The notes under the pieces were generated by a model, which was not told the DNA's origin, ran no database searches, and worked only from the letters and a program-made list of their open reading frames with translations. A stretch of 62,681 nucleotides of DNA, filler included, from Choristocarpus tenellus KU-1152 (taxonomy: Eukaryota > Protista > Phaeophyceae), in assembly GCA_964200185.2 (NCBI GenBank). It is 8 parts of 8 records of this genome, joined end to end, with 100 filler letters (N's around TTAATTAATTAA, not from the genome) between each part and the next. Parts side by side here need not be neighbours in the genome. Positions count along the whole stretch, not along the records: positions 1 to 18,659 come from CAXNAD020000528.1; 7 more parts are not named here. One strand, 5' to 3'. The position numbers and the translations under genes are program-made. Below, piece by piece: positions 1-14,200 of the stretch. The number at the start of each line of letters is the position of its first letter. Position 1 is the first letter of the stretch.

Positions 1-49
1 CACAACAAGATAAACACCTCCACCCGTGCCTCGCCCGCCAAGTGGTCAG

Positions 50-215
50 GGCGGGGGGGGGGGTCTACACCAGGGTGGCCATTTGGCCCATATTCAGGAA
101 AAGTGCACTTGCATTATCCATCCGACGTATGCAATCAAATCACCCAAAAATCGCGACAAGAAAAAATTGACCCCAAATGGACAGCCACCACACACCCCCC
201 CAGATACTTCGAGTC
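50..215 (+). mobile_element. Family-B MITE, left end decayed
   Basis: Poly-G, gtctacacc...ccatttgg...ccaaatggacag, poly-C, agatacttc-GAGTC; matches copies at 14857, 34423 and 58980. Confidence 0.75.
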
Positions 216-1107
216 TGATTCAAACTACAAGACCGAGTCTTCAACTTCCACCTTCAATCCCTCCAACCTACGTTACAGATTTGTTTTGTCTAAATGCACT
301 GGAATATGTAATCTACCATCTCCATAGAGGTGACCTACCTACTTCCATGCGGGCCAATAATTTCCAGTTTGTTTTTCATTTCGAAAGGGGCTCGACTGAC
401 TCGTGGATCTCTTCCACTGCTTCTACACTGCCTTCATAACATTCTATTGGTGTTTTCTTTACCTCGTACTTCTTACTCCTGCGCTGGCATCCATCTACAA
501 AATGTCTGTGGGCATAATAAACCCAAGATCAATAATATTATGGAAGTACAAACCACAGTTATTTATCGTGTTATTGTATAGGGAGGATGTACCAATATAA
601 GTTAGGGTAGGGGCAAGCGAAAAAAAGCTTTCTTATATCCCTATCCTCTCTAATTGTATAAAGAGGGCTTTTCTCTCAAACTGAGGGATCGTGATAGGAG
701 AAACCTATGTTATATCAACCGTGTCGCAGGCACTATATACTTGTCCCCAAACGACGACAGAACGACGCCCTTGCTGTATGTGCTTTCCATATGTCTTCAA
801 GAGTAGATACATGTAGATATATGTATTGAACATTGCCCTCGTTGAGCCCATTTCGATGAAGCTGTGGTGGTGTAGCATGCATTACATCTCTACCACCCCT
901 GCACAGAATATATATTTATACAGTACTGTAACTTTGATCAATTACACTCATTACGATGTATTCACTCATATGTATAGTGCACCTTCTCAAGAAAAGCATC
1001 CACAAGCCGTTGGATGGCTGGACAGACTACTCACAGCTTAAATCAAATCAACGTTCAAATTCGATCTACGTCCTGGGTATTCAATTGCACTCTACAAGGA
1101 TATTATA

Positions 1108-1580
1108 CAGTACACTATCAGAAACGCCACCGTGGATCAAATGCAGCTGCACCGCCATGCACCCCCCATCGCATGCACTGAGTAAAACAACTTATTCGCT
1201 AGTAAAAAAATCGTGACTGCCAAAAAATCGCCGATGTCCGCTTGTTTGATTTCCCTTGCCCCGATTGCGTTGATCCAAGTCAGCTTTGCTTTCTGGAGAT
1301 AGTACGAAACATCGTTCATGCTGCGTTCTTCGGCAGTTGTTTCTAAGCATGCAAACTCCTCAGCTACGTGAGAGTATGGCGGTGGAGGAATCGAGAACAC
1401 TGAAGAGGATGCTCCTTTCCTCACACCCCCCGATGTGCTGCCCCTCCCATAAACCCATCGTCATCCTCGTCACGCGAGCTTTCATTGTCTGACTCGTACA
1501 AGGATTCCTCAAGCAGCTGGTCTTTCATGTCCTCTAGTATTGTATTGGCCACTTCATTGCGGCGCTTCGACTTACGTAGG
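1108..1580 (-). mobile_element. pogo/Tigger-like (Tc1/mariner superfamily) transposase 3' relic with right TIR
   Basis: Frameshifted minus-strand ORF pieces (1421-1627, 1137-1424) give an acidic stretch, then PPPPYSHVAEEF...YYLQKAKL...KQADIGDFL (PIP-box-like QxxIxxF C-terminus). The element edge is TA|CAGTA at 1106-1112, the typical pogo terminus with TA target. Confidence 0.5.
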
Positions 1581-1582
1581 AA

Positions 1583-1755
1583 GCACAAAATAATAATATA
1601 ACAAGCAATAGGAAGACACCCCCACAAAGGTCAATCTTCTAATTCCATCTATCCATTCTTTTCACGTTCAGCAAAGGGGATCGTGTGAGGCTTCACACCT
1701 TCTTGTCTTCACTACCGAAAAATAGCATTACCTCCCATGGTAAATTGCACAATAA
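1583..1755. repeat. Dispersed degenerate repeat, copy 1 (copy 2 at about 60860-61030)
   Basis: Shared blocks gcacaaa(a)taataatataa, gaag(a/t)caccccac, and atcgtgtgaggct(t/c)cacaccttcttgtcttcactac occur on two different contigs. Confidence 0.7.
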
Positions 1756-2206
1756 AATGCAAGTTTGCTCGATAAATGATAGGAGAGAATTGGCAGGAAT
1801 ACGTCAAAACGTCTTACAAACCTCCAACGTGTCACAACACAATTTACTCTCTCTTATATCCTGTTTTCTCTTATATTGACCTCTCTTATATATACCAACT
1901 CTAGAATACTTTCGGAGAGGTATACCCCATCGTTGTCCATTTTTTGTTCGAAACTGCCAGAACTGCCTCTCTTTTATTGTGTCTCAGACCAATCGATTCT
2001 CCAACAAGTGCCGTCGCCTGGCACACACGCGGGGTAAGATCGGGGTAAAACACAACACTCCCCGACCTGTTGGGGCATATCTTGAAATAGTGAGGAAGGG
2101 CGCTGACGCTGGTCGGACCACGGGGCATCCCCGCCAACTCTAGCTTGGCGAAGTTGGGGAAGGCCTAGAGGGCCTTAATAAGGCATCCCTTTTTGCACGT
2201 GTCTAT

Positions 2207-5200
2207 ATGGCACTGACAGCACGGCACAGATGGTGTATGTCCAAGCTCGTGGAGGCCTTCGGGGAGGATGTGGACGCCAGCAAGTCCCAGGTGAAAGGCG
2301 GAGATGCGAAAACAGCGTAGTGAACGCGCAGATTGTTATCATTATTCTTGTACATTTCCTTCTGGGCACTCGTCCTCTGTCTCGCCATTACCCTACACTC
2401 TTATCAATTGTGCAATACAATAGGTGCTTCAGATTGATACCATTCCGATGTATGGGTGGCCTGGCAAGTCCGCTAATCGTGTATCTACCCGACATATCCT
2501 TATTCCGTCCATCCATAATGGCAACACCTCAACCACAGGCGTTTATGCGAAAGGATGAAAACCTTACCAGGTTCAATAGTCTCTTTCACGGTGAAGGGCC
2601 GAAACGATTATTCGTTTACCACCAGCCAGGGGACTCAACCTCAGAGGTAAGAGGATGGTATATAATTTCTTGTGATATTCCAATGAGACTTTGCGGAGTT
2701 TGTGTTTGCCCTTCAGATCTACAAGGAGAGGGATCTGAACATATTTGCTATTCACATCTGAAATGTGTTTGGGCTGCACCAGCACTGGTTTTAAATGCAC
2801 ATGAGAACTGCAATTACGTTTTCGGACTATGTTCTTCCTTGACCCAAGGGTCTGTAGGAGGATACATTTGAAAGTTATGCTGCTCTGTTGACAGGGTGCA
2901 ATGGAGGATAATACGGTGGACTACACGAGTGGGCATGATACAGCTATTGAGGTCTCATCTTTGTTCACTTGATCAAAGCAAGCATGTGCCCATCCCTACT
3001 TATAATTTTCACGGAAAGACCAGTACCGCTGCACACAAAATGTTATCTACACACTTTCTTGAATGTCCTCTTAAGCCCGCTTCTCCTCCATGAAACAATA
3101 CTTGCAACGGATGTCACAGGGCGAGGTGGGAGAGTCTCACCTTTTTGTCACGGATGGGGCAAGTGAGCTTCTTTCAAGCAAGTGCTGCTTCTTCCTCCGA
3201 AATGTCAAGGAAGGACATTCTCTTGATACCTCCAGGTTAGAGAAGAGATGCCTCCTCCTAACCGTTGTTATGCCATGAGAACCAAGGATTTTACGATCAA
3301 TTTTAATAAGAAAATTGTTTTGTGCTTGCAGTGTAACAGGTTTTTCAGACCTCATGAACCAGAAGTATTGATAAGAGCACAGATTAAGAATTGTTGGCTT
3401 TTATATTCTACTGAAGTGGCAACATCTTCTCGCCATCAATGAGGCATAGTTTCTTAGAGGGTAGTCGATTATCAGATTAAGCCTCCCTAATATCTCAAAC
3501 AACTGGGAGAACGGAATTGTCAACTTCATTAAGCTGTCATTATACTCCAAACAACATCAACTTTCCCTTCCATGTTAACTCTCCTGAAACAACTAATTTC
3601 GATGGAGTAAGGGGAGGATCCACTGGATGTGAGTCATGGACACTGACCAGTAGTCTAAATATCACAAAAACAAATATCGTGACCCCTCTAAGATATTTGC
3701 TTCACTAATAATCTACTGTTGCTTGTTCCTTCTTCCATCTCTTCAATATAACTGCTATCACATAAAACACATAATTTTGATGATATGTGCCCATTAGCAT
3801 TGACCCTGCTGAGAGCTTCAAGGGTGAGAAATATGTGGAATCTATGGGTTAAAGCCAGGTTAGGAAAAAGTTCGTCTTTTTCCATTCCTTTGTACAACAG
3901 CACAGCAATGATCAACTGAATGATTTGATCGCTTTATTCCTGATCTTGCACTGTGCTTCAGTCAACTAGATTTCTCTCCCTATTAAATGCATTCTGTCTG
4001 GATGCCCAACAACCACTTGTGAACTCTTCTTTCCTGACAATCTCTTCCAAAAAGTGCTGGAGATCAAAATCTCCTCTTTGGGGAGGTCAGCGGCAGTGCC
4101 CTTGCAGGAATTGAGGCAGCACTGAGCCGATTTCTCAAGCCACTTCTCAAGGAGAGCGATGGGTGGGGCAAGACTGACAGTGAACAGAAGGTACATTGCA
4201 CTGTAGGATTTGGGGGTACGGAATAGGAGTCCTTTTACCAGCTTTTTGTTGCTGCTCCACATGTATGTTGCAACTCTCTGTATAGTGCTGCTGGAAACAT
4301 AGGTGAAACATGTGTCTGTGGAAGAAATGTATTCAATTTTCTTGTGTTTTTCCATTTTCGCAGGGATCCCCTCAAGTGTTCCATCTCTGCTTGATTCCTC
4401 TCAATGACACGGCCTATCATACCCCAACTCCAAACCTGCGTCAAACCCTCTACAATGTATGTATGAACATATTCCCACCAAAAAAGCTAACCCAACACTC
4501 TCCCCAAACTCAATTCCCACCTCAGTAATATGAAGGAAATATTGTCACCACAAACCTTCAGTAACATCAACATGTGCACACATATACCTACACGCACACT
4601 TGCATAAATCTCTGAATTATGGGTGCACAACATACTCATTGGCACTGTGGTGCTCACATAATTGAATATTCACAGGTAGATTTCCTGGGAGAGACCGACC
4701 ACTTCATTCATGCTCTCAAGGAGGGTCTGAAGTCGCTTATTGGGGGTCTTGAACTTCGGGGGATGGATTCAAGCACAAAGGAGAGTAGTGAGGGTCTTGA
4801 TAGCAGGAACTTTAGCCAGGTATGGCACTCCAGACAATATGCAAAATATAGGGGTAGGGTATAGAGAGTGGTGTTAGGATTTGGAAGGAGGAAGGATAAA
4901 CCAGGAGACCCTTTACTGTTTTGTCAAATAACAAAGATGCAAATGTACACATTTATTGGAATATAGTCTTGACCGAACCTCCAACAGGACACATTGCACA
5001 GTTACCAGAATGTCTCCTTGTTGTCGTCATATCACAATAAGACTAATGTGCCCCAAGTACAACTCCAATTATCCGCAAACGATGTTTCCATCCCTTACCA
5101 ACCCACTTACTCACTGCCGAGGACTCTTCTGCCCATTCATCAAGTATCACCCACCCCGTTTTGTTGCAGAGAGTGAATCAGAATCCAGAGCTGATCCCGC

Positions 5201-8200
5201 AGTTTGAATCTCTCCTGGAGGAGTGGTGTAACCAGATAGAGCACTACCTCAACCCCCCAGAGAGGTGAGATGTCTCCTCAATTTCACCATGTTTCTATTC
5301 TTGGCCGGCCACTAATCCATCCACACTGTAGGCATGCAAGTCCCCCACATATTCAACAGATACTTCAAATTTTGAAGCATGGGATAACGTTAGGCTCGAT
5401 TAAACCCTATATGTGGTTGATGATTGAAAATGACTTGCTGCTAACAAGATTGTATTTTATGAAGCCTTGTTTGGTGTGTACTCTGCTTGTACTTCCTACG
5501 TACTTCAAATGTCTATCGCTTCCAGGACTATGTTGCCATGAGAATCTTATCATACACTGTTGTCTATTGCACAGTATTCATACCACTTCGTAACAACCAC
5601 ATCATAGTTTTGCTACTAAGACTTCCAAGAGTTCGGTGTCAGAGTGACAATCCAGAAACTAGTTGCAACATGTAATCAAGACCTGTACATCATCACTGCT
5701 GGCGAGACTCACACCTCACGTGTATGCAACAAGCAGCAATGATATCAAGTCAAATGTAGTTATGTATAACAACTCCTTGCTACCGTAATATTAAGCAATC
5801 TCTAGTTTAAACAAGGGCTATGGCAACGCAGAGGGGGAGCATGAAAGACTCATACCTCATGTGGATGCAATAAGGTACAATTGACAAAAGTCAAAGATAG
5901 TTGTGTTTGAACGCTCCTTATTTCCTCATTTGAACATTTTTCAGTTCAAGCAAAGGTGATGGCGGCGCAGAGGGGGGGCACGATACTGGCCCCAAGGGTG
6001 AGCTGGAATATTGGCGAAACCGCATGCAACGACTGACAAGCATCACAGAGCAACTGAAGCGAAAGGTCAGCTTGGGATGATATTAGGTTAAGTACCTTTG
6101 TTGCTCTCAGATCCTCCAACTTAACAACATATGTTAGCCTGAAATCGATGCATTGAATCAACATTTTTCCGGACTGCTCCTGGTATACTCGGGCACTCTC
6201 TATATAACTTATTTCTCCATGGAACAGAGCGAGAAACATGCTCTGAATAGTCTATTGCAGAAAATTTTGAGTCAAAGTATCTTGGAGGGTAGAGGTGCGT
6301 CCATTTGGCAGCTAAAATCCAATGTTGCGATTCGATGTAATTTTGGCTATCGTGCTTGTTAGGAAGAGTCAGTATCCTTGTTCGGACACACCTTTTCATA
6401 ATGTATACGTTTTACCCACTCTGAAACGCTTCGAAGTAGGAAAAATGTCATTAAAGAAATCCCGTGGGAAGTCAAGCCCCAAACGGACAAACAGGGCAAA
6501 AATCTCAAAAACCCTCTAAGATAATTTCACTCTTTGTAGCCCAGCTAATATCTCAAGCATGGATGAGGTCACCTTGGACCTCAGCACTAATATCCAATTG
6601 ACATATGAGGTAGTTCTGAATATGATATACTGTACAGGACCATACAGAGTATATTTAGACGCATTCTACCACAAAAATCTTCTATTATTTCATTAATTTG
6701 TTCTGTCGAACTTTCTCAGGATTGCAAGGATGTTATCGGTCTCCTTTCCACCCTCACCAAGAACTCAACAGACCCCAGCAAACAAAAGATTGCAAATCTT
6801 CTGCGACGGTGGAAGCAGGTAACTCCCTCACTCCCCCATCCCCAAAGGGATTATCCTTCTTGTGGAAGGAAGAGAAAACGAAGTCATATCAATGGTGCTT
6901 AAAAAAATCATGTTTAACTTATTGTTTGTTGCTTGTGAAGAGCCAAAGTATCTTAGAGGGTAGAGCAGCGTCCATTTGGGCTCAAAATACAATGTTGCGC
7001 TTTTGATTTAATTTTGGCTGTCGTTTTTGTTAGGGAGTGTTAGTATCCTTGTTCCGGACACCCCTTTTCATAACGTACACATTCTACCTACTCCTATACA
7101 TTTTGGAGTGGGAAAATATCATAAAAATGAACACAGGAAGCCCACCCCCAAATGGACAAACAGGGCAAAACTCGTACCCTCTAAGATACTTTCAGTCTGA
7201 ATCAGCAGTTTCCTAGCCTATGTCCGACCAATTTCACCAGTGCCTGCATCTTGGGAGAATGTGTTCTCCTTCATTAGAGTAGCTCCATTCATTGTAACCT
7301 ACTTCTGAATACTCTTTCTCATGGAAGGGGAAAAAATTCCGATATACTCCGGAGTGTAAGACTAGCATATCAGCCTGTCACACCACACACAGACACAGGT
7401 CTTGAAGGGGTAGGGATGTTGCAGGCATGAATATTTCCTAGTGGCTTAATGTGGCATATTGGCTCTTCTATTCATGTAATGGCTACCTTTCGTTCCCCTT
7501 GATTCTAGCCTTTGATCGTCTCATTTTTATTTTTATTCTAGCAAGAAGTATTATTTTTTGATGATACAACTCTGACCCTAGCTTTCTATCTGCCACAGTG
7601 GTACATAAAAAAATACAACGAAAGCGAGATCGTGTACGTACTCATTAGCACCACCTCCCCCATCACTTCCTGTCTCTGTCACACCTTACTCACCCAATTT
7701 TTCAATGCGCATCGTCTGATTGACTGCCAGATCGACGTGAATGTTACAGAGGCAGCAAATGAGGCCAAGGACAACGTCAAGTACCTCTACACCCTTGAGC
7801 GCTTCATTGAACCGTTGTACAGTGGCACCGCCACTACGATCATAGACACTCTGCCTGCCCTAATGAACAGCATCAAGATGATACATACCATTGCTCGGTA
7901 AGTGTCCAACAGAGAACGTGGAGGGTGAGGCTAAGAATGGCGGTTAGGATATATTAGGGGTATTACAACTTTTCCGAGGACAGAGGGATTAGGATTTCGT
8001 CGAAATTTCGTCTTTGGAGAGGCAATAGTACATGAAAGATGATGCATTAAGTGAGGTGTGGTTGTGAAGAGTTAGGACTGATGGGTTACAGTGATTGAAA
8101 GGCACTCATCTTTGCCTGTCGATCTGAATGATAGTGTTGTTTTGTCACTTCCAACGTGTTCTGAAGAAATCACTTCCTGATATGGGTGTCAAGACCATGC

Positions 8201-11200
8201 TGAGTGGAAGTATCTTAGGGTTAGACGAGTTTTACCCTGTTCGTCTGTTTGGGGCTTGGCTTCCCACGGGTTTTTTATGACAATTTCCTACTCTGAAATG
8301 TTTCGGAGTAGGTAAAATGTATATGTCATTTAAAGATATGTCTGGAACAAGGATATGGACACTTCCTAACAAACACAATAGCCAAAAATACGTCAAAATC
8401 GCAACATTGAATTTTGACCCCCCAAAATGGATGCGAATTTACCCTCTAAGATACTTTGAGTCCGCTGTTTGTTATTCCTTCCATTTGGTTCCCCTTCAAA
8501 TCCCCATGTATTGCTTCATATTCTGACATGAGGTTGCTGATATGAAATAATGAGAAAAGAGAAATATGTACGGGAAAAAATGAATTTGGGTCAATGAAAT
8601 GGTCATCACTCCATCCACACTTAGGCAGGAAAGAATGACTATAGGGTAGAGAACACAATGCATAGTCCAGAAATCATCGTACAGCTGATCTCTGTGCATG
8701 TAGTACTATTCACATCTGCTGTAGGTTTCTCAATATATAAGTCAGTCGAAAATGAGTCACAATAACACCAATGCAATACTAGGAATAAATATATTAAATG
8801 ATCTCTAAAATATTGTACTGAGGGGGAAGGGTGCACTATACCGAGATAGATCCTTTACCAATGGAATCTCCTGCATGCCATATATCAAGCCAAGAGGGTG
8901 CACTCGTCCGCAAAATCCCGAATCCTCTATATTTTGGCATTGTTCCAATTGCACCAATAATACACCATCCACACTACAAGGAAGGTACTTGCTATCAGTC
9001 ACTGAGATATGTTTGATCTCCTCTGCCGTTTGTACCCCCTCCTTATCCTCCTTATGTTACCTTGGCTTTCAGATACTACAACACTACAGAGCGCATGACT
9101 GGACTTTTTGCAAACATTACAGAACAAATGATTGTAAACTGCAAGGAGTGTATCACCGGTGGCGACAGTATGGATGCCTTGTGGGAGAAGGTGAGACTTC
9201 TTCTACATTATCATCTCTACCTAATGTTCATATATATTTTTTACTGTGTGGGCCAACAGGAAAGAGAAAGCACAATCCTGAGTACAAGAGTATTGAGTCA
9301 CTGCAGTCTGTTTGCATACATTACTTTTATTTGATTCTTTCATTTCCAGATATCCCTTCTTGTCGAAATATGACAACTTTCCACTCAGCTATGTGTCATA
9401 ACTCCCCAAGCTAGACACCTCTTTCTCGCCTTTCATCCGACATCATACTTTGAGCTTATGTATCGTTCCATATGGCTGCTCATACTTCCCTGAATTTCTC
9501 TGAGTGTTTAGTGGTTTGTCCTCAAACTCGTTCCATCCATCAAATCCTTCCTACTGTCATGGTGCACTGTTGTGTCATCTTATTTATTCCCTCTCCCCTC
9601 TCACTTTCTTATCCCCACCTCCCCACTTATTTCCCTGTCCGCTGATGTCAAGTGGGGGATCAAAATACATAATTAGATAGAAAGGAGATCAATGATTAAC
9701 AACCCTAAGTTGTATCAAATAAACCTGACTAAGCCATTCCACCGTCCAACAAAATACTGTAGACTGTGATTCAATTCGACTCCCCAGCTCCTCCCCAGGG
9801 TTGCGTCAAGTTACAGAAGTCCGAAAGAAGTTTATAAACTCCCTGTTATATATCCTCTACCTGTACAGGCCGACCTCAAGCAAACTTACTGACCTTGAGA
9901 GAATTGGTCAAAAGCATAGTATGTCGAGTAGCAAAAACCTGATTTATAAAGATCTTGTGGGAAGGTTGAGTAGAGTAGTTCTGAAGCTTCACAAATTTAT
10001 GCTACTTCCTCTTTCAATCATGTCCCCCTGTTTGAGAATCATCCTAACTCATTTCCATGCTGCTCCCCCCCCGCCATCATCCCCACCCCCCCTCCCTTCA
10101 CTGCTGCTTTCTTGCTCATTAACCCCTTTCCCCACCCCTCGCCTATTCTCATTTCTGCAACTTCCCTTGCACCCCATCTCTGGGAACAGGATCCCCAGGA
10201 GCTGGTGAGGCAGTTGGAATCGTGCTTGAAGCTCAACGAGGCCTATCAGGAGCAGTATCGTCTGACCAGGTCCAAGTTGCAGCAGACTCCTCGAGGGAAG
10301 CAGTTTGACTTTAGTGAGATGGAGATATTTGGTGAGCAAGTCGCAGGGTAGAAGGTACAGGTGTGGGTTGTTCTCGCCTTCCTGTGGAGACTGTTGTAGA
10401 GATAGAGAACTCGAGAATTGATACCCATTCCCTTCTGAGAACAAGGCATTGCTACAAACTCAAAGGAGAAGTTGGTGCCGGTCATGTCTTGCAAGGCGGT
10501 AAGGGTGTTAACTCAATGGAATTGGCCACTCTACTGTGGGTTTCGGATATGTCAGTGAAAGTTTAGATTTATGTTCTGGTTGTACCAGACAGTTGGTGAA
10601 TGGAGTTGAAAAACATTGTGAAAGGGACATATGTGTATGTATTGTGAAGAAAGGAAAAGAGGAGAGGCAAAACGAGGTGATATGAATTTTCTGGGAGACG
10701 GCATCTGTTCCGATTTAAATTGTACTAGAGTGCTTGAGCACATCGTAGAATGAAAAATGGCTTGGGGGTTGTGCTCCAGAAGGTGAGAAACTACTGGCAA
10801 TCTCAGACAGGGAAGGTACATGGTAGTCTGGAGTATACAGAGTGTCCTGTATTGTTATGTGTGGGGACGTGGAGTCAATATATGCGTTGTATCCTGTTGT
10901 AGTTTACCTCACCAACAGATGGAGATTGAACTGGGGACTGCCTGTGGTAGGGACTGATTAATCATAATAATATATAGGTGCAGCTATCGCTATAAGGGAA
11001 AGTCTTGATAATTGTAATTATTGTAATTTTGACACATCTGGTTGAGGTGGAATGGAACTCTTGATACTTGGTTGACGCAAGGGGGAACAACTATTGAACA
11101 CAAACAAAGAAAAAAAAAGAGAAACAGAATAATCTATGGGATGGCTGTTTTGAACAAGTTGCTTTCAAACGGTGCCACTACCGTGAGCATTGATACTGTG

Positions 11201-14200
11201 CATGTCAATACTATGAATTCCTATATTCCACAGAAGAGTTGATAGTAGATTGGTGTCTGTAGATACATGCATTTTCAGTTTTTATGTTGGAGAGAAATAT
11301 ATGTAACCCATGGATTATGGGGAGGCAGGCATGTCCTCCATGTATTCTCAATTCTCCTTCTCGCTTGTGATTAATTGCAAGATATGAGGGAATATGGCAA
11401 TAATCACTGGAAAGCTATTTGCATCCGCTTTTCTTTATAATCTTATTGTTGTTGTGGCAACAGGTGTATTCAATGCTTCCTAACCTCTACACACTACCCA
11501 CTCTCCCCTCTTCAAATCTCTGTCGTTCCTCAGGAAAGTTTGACTTGTTCTGCAGACGTGTCATCAAACTCATTGATATGTTTAGCACAATCGACCAGTT
11601 CAACTCACTCTCGGAGAACAAGGTGTGTGATAGGGATTAGTGTTTGCAGCGCAACACCCTTGAGTCTTGACTATTTGTTCCTGAACATTGAAAGCGATGG
11701 AAGATGCCAACAAGGTCTCTCATTTGTGAGTACTGCAAGTAGCATGAAACTGAAACTCTTGCTGCTGCTCGACTCATTGACAAAGATTCCGAGGTATCCA
11801 TAATATTGTACAAGCCGAACACATTGTGCCTGCTCCCCTTGCTTCCTTCAAAAAACTTCATATATTGAATTATGTGGATTGATGGCGCCCCCCAAAAAGT
11901 CGACTAATGAAAGGCACAACATGAAAATAAAGTGCACAGGTTTTCTGTTGGTGTGTTTAGAAGATTTTTTCTACTCTGAGTAGAATCATGTTACAAGCAA
12001 GTGCCAACAGACATTTTATTTTGAGTCATGGGCACCTTATGCAAAACCTATGCTATGTTGAGGAATCGTTGAGGGGTTTTCTGGGTGCAACAAAGCGGGT
12101 AATGCAGATTTTCCCATGAATATAGAATGCTGAACCCAGTCATCCCCAGTCACTTCCATTCAAGGTGGTCATACTTGTGAGTACCTTGGAGGATTTTATA
12201 GCAGTATCACTTGAGTCGACACTCATAACCTTAACACATATCTTGTTTGCAATACCTCTCCCCATGATTTAACTCCTACCTGATTTAGTTGGAGGGTATG
12301 GAGGGTCTAATCGACCAATTCCACTCCATTGTTCGAGAATTTCGTCTCAAGCGCCATGACCTCCTGGCCTACCACAACAACAAGTTTGACAGGGACTATG
12401 TAGAGTTCAATGTAAAAATCTCTGACCTAGAGTGCAGCCTGCAGGTACGTCATTGGAGGTTTATGCTGACTATGTGGGTATTAGATTAGAGCTTAGGCGA
12501 GGTGAACTGAACTCTATTTTTACTACTTTCTAAATGAGGGGAAAGGTTGGTGTCGATTAATTTCGAAGCTTTCACGATCAAGCCCCTTCAGATGTCGGCA
12601 TTTTATCTCCCTTAGCCCAGTGTACTAGAAGATGGTTGCTGAAGTGTGACTAGATTATTTGTTTTACAGCAGGGAAGGTTTGTATATGGTTGGAGAATAT
12701 GCAAATACAGAGCAGTGTTCCCTGCATGCTTTTGTGGTTGCTGAAACCAGGGCTTGAAATATTTTGTCAAGTATGCATAATATTTAAGGAGAAAAAAAAA
12801 ACTTTTTTGTGGGATAAGAATATTTGGAATATATCTTCTACTTTCTGTTCAATATCTGGGACTGGTATACACCATTAATGTCAGCAATAATACAACACAA
12901 TGATTTCTCTGATATGATTGCTGCGCTGCTCTCTAGCATGCTTTGTAGGGGAACAGTTATCCACCCTTATGGCAGAGTCGGATATCAGGTATGAGAGAGG
13001 ATGTAACTGTTTGTCCATTATGCTCCTTGAGTCCAAATAATGCCCATTATAAACAAAATGAACCCCTCCTGGACGTGAACCTCCTGTCTCACCCCCTTCT
13101 AAGTAAACACCTGCAACTGCCTCACCTTAATCACTGGCCATAACAATAAAGGCGTTCATCAACCAAAGCTTCGAGAACATCACTTCCATTGAGCACTCAC
13201 TCAAGCTCCTTCACAAGTTCCAGTCCATCCTCCAACGGGAAAGTCTCAAGTCCGATTTGGATTCCAAGCTTAACATTATATTTCAGGTAATCATGGTTCC
13301 ACTCTTCTCACGCTCTCCATACGCCGTTTCTCATACCTACCAGTGCACCCTTCCACATAGCCATCACTCCTTGGCCTTCTACCTGACCTGCTGGGTTGAG
13401 TTTTTTGTGAGGCAATCCCACACCAAAATATGGAGTGGGTCATGTCACATATCAATACGTCCACCCATGTTAGCATCTCATCTCCATACAATGTGCAATA
13501 CTAGTATTATTGTGAGTTCAGAATGATAGTATCTCCAACTGTACTCTCCCTTGTTTTGCATTTTTAGTATGCACCTTTACTCTTCCTACAATATACTTCT
13601 ACTTAGTCTCAGGTACATTATAACCTATTCACTGAGTACCTTTGAGTACAAGAATTGCATCATGATCGACTTTCCTTACCATGTCGTCTATTCCAATGAC
13701 CTACTTTCCTTACCTAGAATTATGGTATGGAGTTAGAACAGGTGCAGCAGCTGTATGAGAAGCAGAAACATGATCCGCCCATTCCAAGGAATCTCCCCCC
13801 TGTCGCTGGCAACATTACCTGGTCAAGGTAATAAAGTGATATCACAATCTTCTGTCTATAGTAGAAGATTAGGGGAAAGGGGACAGTTGCTCAGAATCTG
13901 TTGGGTTGCGGATTTGATTTGATCACAGCCCAGGGGTGGTATTCGAGCTAGCAAGAATGACATCACCAGTTTCATATTGTCTCTGTCTAGTCCCTAGGTC
14001 TCTAAAATGAACATACTCCGAAGTATTGGTATTATGCTGTGAGGTGCATTCCATACTAATTTGGTCGATTTTCTGTTTCTCTCCAAATTTCAACTGTTGC
14101 TCCTGTTCCAGGCACCTCTTGAAGCGTATTGAGGAGCCAATGAAGCAGTTCGAGAGCAACCAGAATGTATTGGCAGGAAAAGATGCCAAACGGATAATAA

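Noticed and set aside
26-439. Short ORFs with recurring peptides such as KSPKNRDKKKLTPNGQ and SQSILEGR (also near 6153, 6698, 14871, 34399, 58859)
   Set aside because: These are chance translations of the non-coding MITE copies, not a peptide gene family.
10178-14111. Intron 3' ends resembling the upstream exon end (ctctgggaacag versus ttgtgggagaag; cctgttccag versus cctggtcaag)
   Set aside because: Only 8 matches in 10-12 nt, including the obligatory AG, in 2 of 21 introns; compatible with chance.
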